From Chthonomonadaceae bacterium (lineage in GTDB: Bacteria; Armatimonadota; Chthonomonadetes; Chthonomonadales; Chthonomonadaceae), in the NCBI GenBank assembly GCA_035650735.1, contig DASRGZ010000125.1:1-47671 (forward strand): a DNA stretch of 47,671 nucleotides, given 5' to 3'. Below, in pieces: positions 46,659 to 47,671 of this stretch. Both the position numbers and the translations under genes were made by a program. The notes below the pieces were generated by a model, which did not search any database, was not told the DNA's origin, and saw only the letters and a program-made list of their open reading frames with translations. Within the stretch, counting starts at the first letter, position 1, and each line of letters opens with the position of its first letter.

Positions 46659-47159
46659 CTAACTGTTGTTCCGGGCCAATGGGGCGGTGGCAAAATTAAC
46701 GCCGAAGCGGGCGCACCAGATGGTAACGGCCTGATATTTGTTCAGGTCTATCCCGGCGGGCAGGTCGTAGTTTTGATCCCCTTCATTGCCCTTGATCGAG
46801 CCGAGGTCTACAAAACCCGCGTTCTTGACGGTCGCATTGTCACTGGCATCTGGGGCGGCGACAAGATAGACATGCACGTCCGGGCCATTGGAGGTCTGGA
46901 AGTCCATCAAGCGCAGCACCTGCTTGCCGTCGGAAAGCCGGTAGATGGTGGCGGTCCCCTTCGTTTCATGGGCGACGCCGTGAAAATGGCCCGCAGAGAT
47001 CGCCTTCGGCGCATTCCCCGCCGAAGCAGACTGGGCGCTGGGGAACGCCTCATTCACCGTTTTGTTGACAAAGAGCAGCTCCGGGCGGAACGCGTACCAG
47101 CCGACAGCTGCGATCACAATAGCAATTGTCCCAATCAATAACTTACGCCCACTCATCAT
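46659..47159 (-). CDS. DM13 (electron transfer) domain protein with N-terminal anchor
   Basis: H.TKGTATIY..LRL..F.TSNGPDVHVYL..LG.IKGN.GDQNY..V.IWCARFGVNFATA; AAGGAG RBS. Confidence 0.92.
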   Translation of the reverse strand: MMSGRKLLIGTIAIVIAAVGWYAFRPELLFVNKTVNEAFPSAQSASAGNAPKAISAGHFHGVAHETKGTATIYRLSDGKQVLRLMDFQTSNGPDVHVYLVAAPDASDNATVKNAGFVDLGSIKGNEGDQNYDLPAGIDLNKYQAVTIWCARFGVNFATAPLARNNS

Positions 47160-47331
47160 GTTCTCCTTTTGCGAAATAGAGTGTTTTGTTGCTGTGTGTA
47201 ACGGGATTGGATTTGCGGTTGGATGTTTGGCGTATTGCCGACTGGTACAATGCCGCTATTCGGCTGTGAGTTCCCGATTCGCGGGGATATTTTTGGAGTA
47301 CGGGCGGCTGAAGCCGCAGCAACAAAGGCAC

Positions 47332-47353
47332 GAAACCCGCCTGCGCGGGTTCC
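47332..47353. terminator. Short hairpin between the aquaporin and DM13 genes
   Basis: GAAACCCGC-CTGC-GCGGGTTCC; the T-run is on the + strand side. Confidence 0.45.
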
Positions 47354-47399
47354 CTTTTTAGACGCCGTAGGGCGACTTCGTGCCCTGGTTGCAGCGAAT

Positions 47400-47671
47400 T
47401 TATTCGCCCGCAACCGAATGAGGAAGGACCCTGCCGGCATGGTAGGCGCAGAAGATGCAGCGTTTGTGGTTCTGGTGGTGCAGCTTGGCGCAGCCTACCG
47501 CCGCCGCGCCGTGTCGTCGCCGATAGACCTCTGCCGCCAGGAGCATGCCGAGGGGCGGCGCGGTGAAGTAGACCCAGAGCGCCATCCAGGAGTGCGCGGT
47601 GAACGCAGAAGCAAAGGTTCGGGCCGGGTTCATGCTCATGCCGGACAGGGGCGCCTCGATACTGATGTAGG
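47400..47671 (-). CDS. MIP/aquaporin family channel, 3' part (5' end outside the window)
   Basis: YISIEAPLSGMSMNPARTFASA..WVYFTAPPLG (second NPA box); tail CAKLHHQNHKRCIFC. Confidence 0.9.
   Translation of the reverse strand, partial: YISIEAPLSGMSMNPARTFASAFTAHSWMALWVYFTAPPLGMLLAAEVYRRRHGAAAVGCAKLHHQNHKRCIFCAYHAGRVLPHSVAGE

Overview
A GC-rich bacterial chromosomal segment with about 38 genes and no rRNA, tRNA, cas genes or intact prophage. Gene content and repeat style suggest a Terrabacteria lineage such as Armatimonadota, but this is an impression only. Housekeeping and metabolic genes include a Cof-type HAD hydrolase, ABC-F ATPase, lhgO, mrp/apbC, serA, a family-B DNA polymerase, GH95, queC, a PhyH dioxygenase, gdhA, a BNR sialidase and ArsR-clcA. 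Accessory blocks are a ubiquitin-like GG protein paired with a broken DUF4132 gene, a BlaI/M56 pair, tandem HAF-repeat paralogues, a His-hendecad secreted protein, and a long minus-strand aquaporin/DM13/GMC/VOC/DUF2652/FMN-reductase/Zn-ribbon/GH63/SDR cluster. The most notable observations are: (1) two unrelated ~30-bp direct duplications each enclosing a 35-40 bp insert, the geometry of off-target CRISPR spacer integration, one of them in-frame inside a gene; (2) a three-level nested insertion (MITE in MITE in REP hairpin); (3) a consensus-promoter-driven, highly structured ~280-nt RNA with a uORF and terminator upstream of the ABC-F gene; (4) the beta-grasp GG protein plus DUF4132 module; (5) a secreted protein of ten 11-residue His-x3-His-x2-Leu repeats. 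All calls come from reading motifs by eye; no database searches were run.
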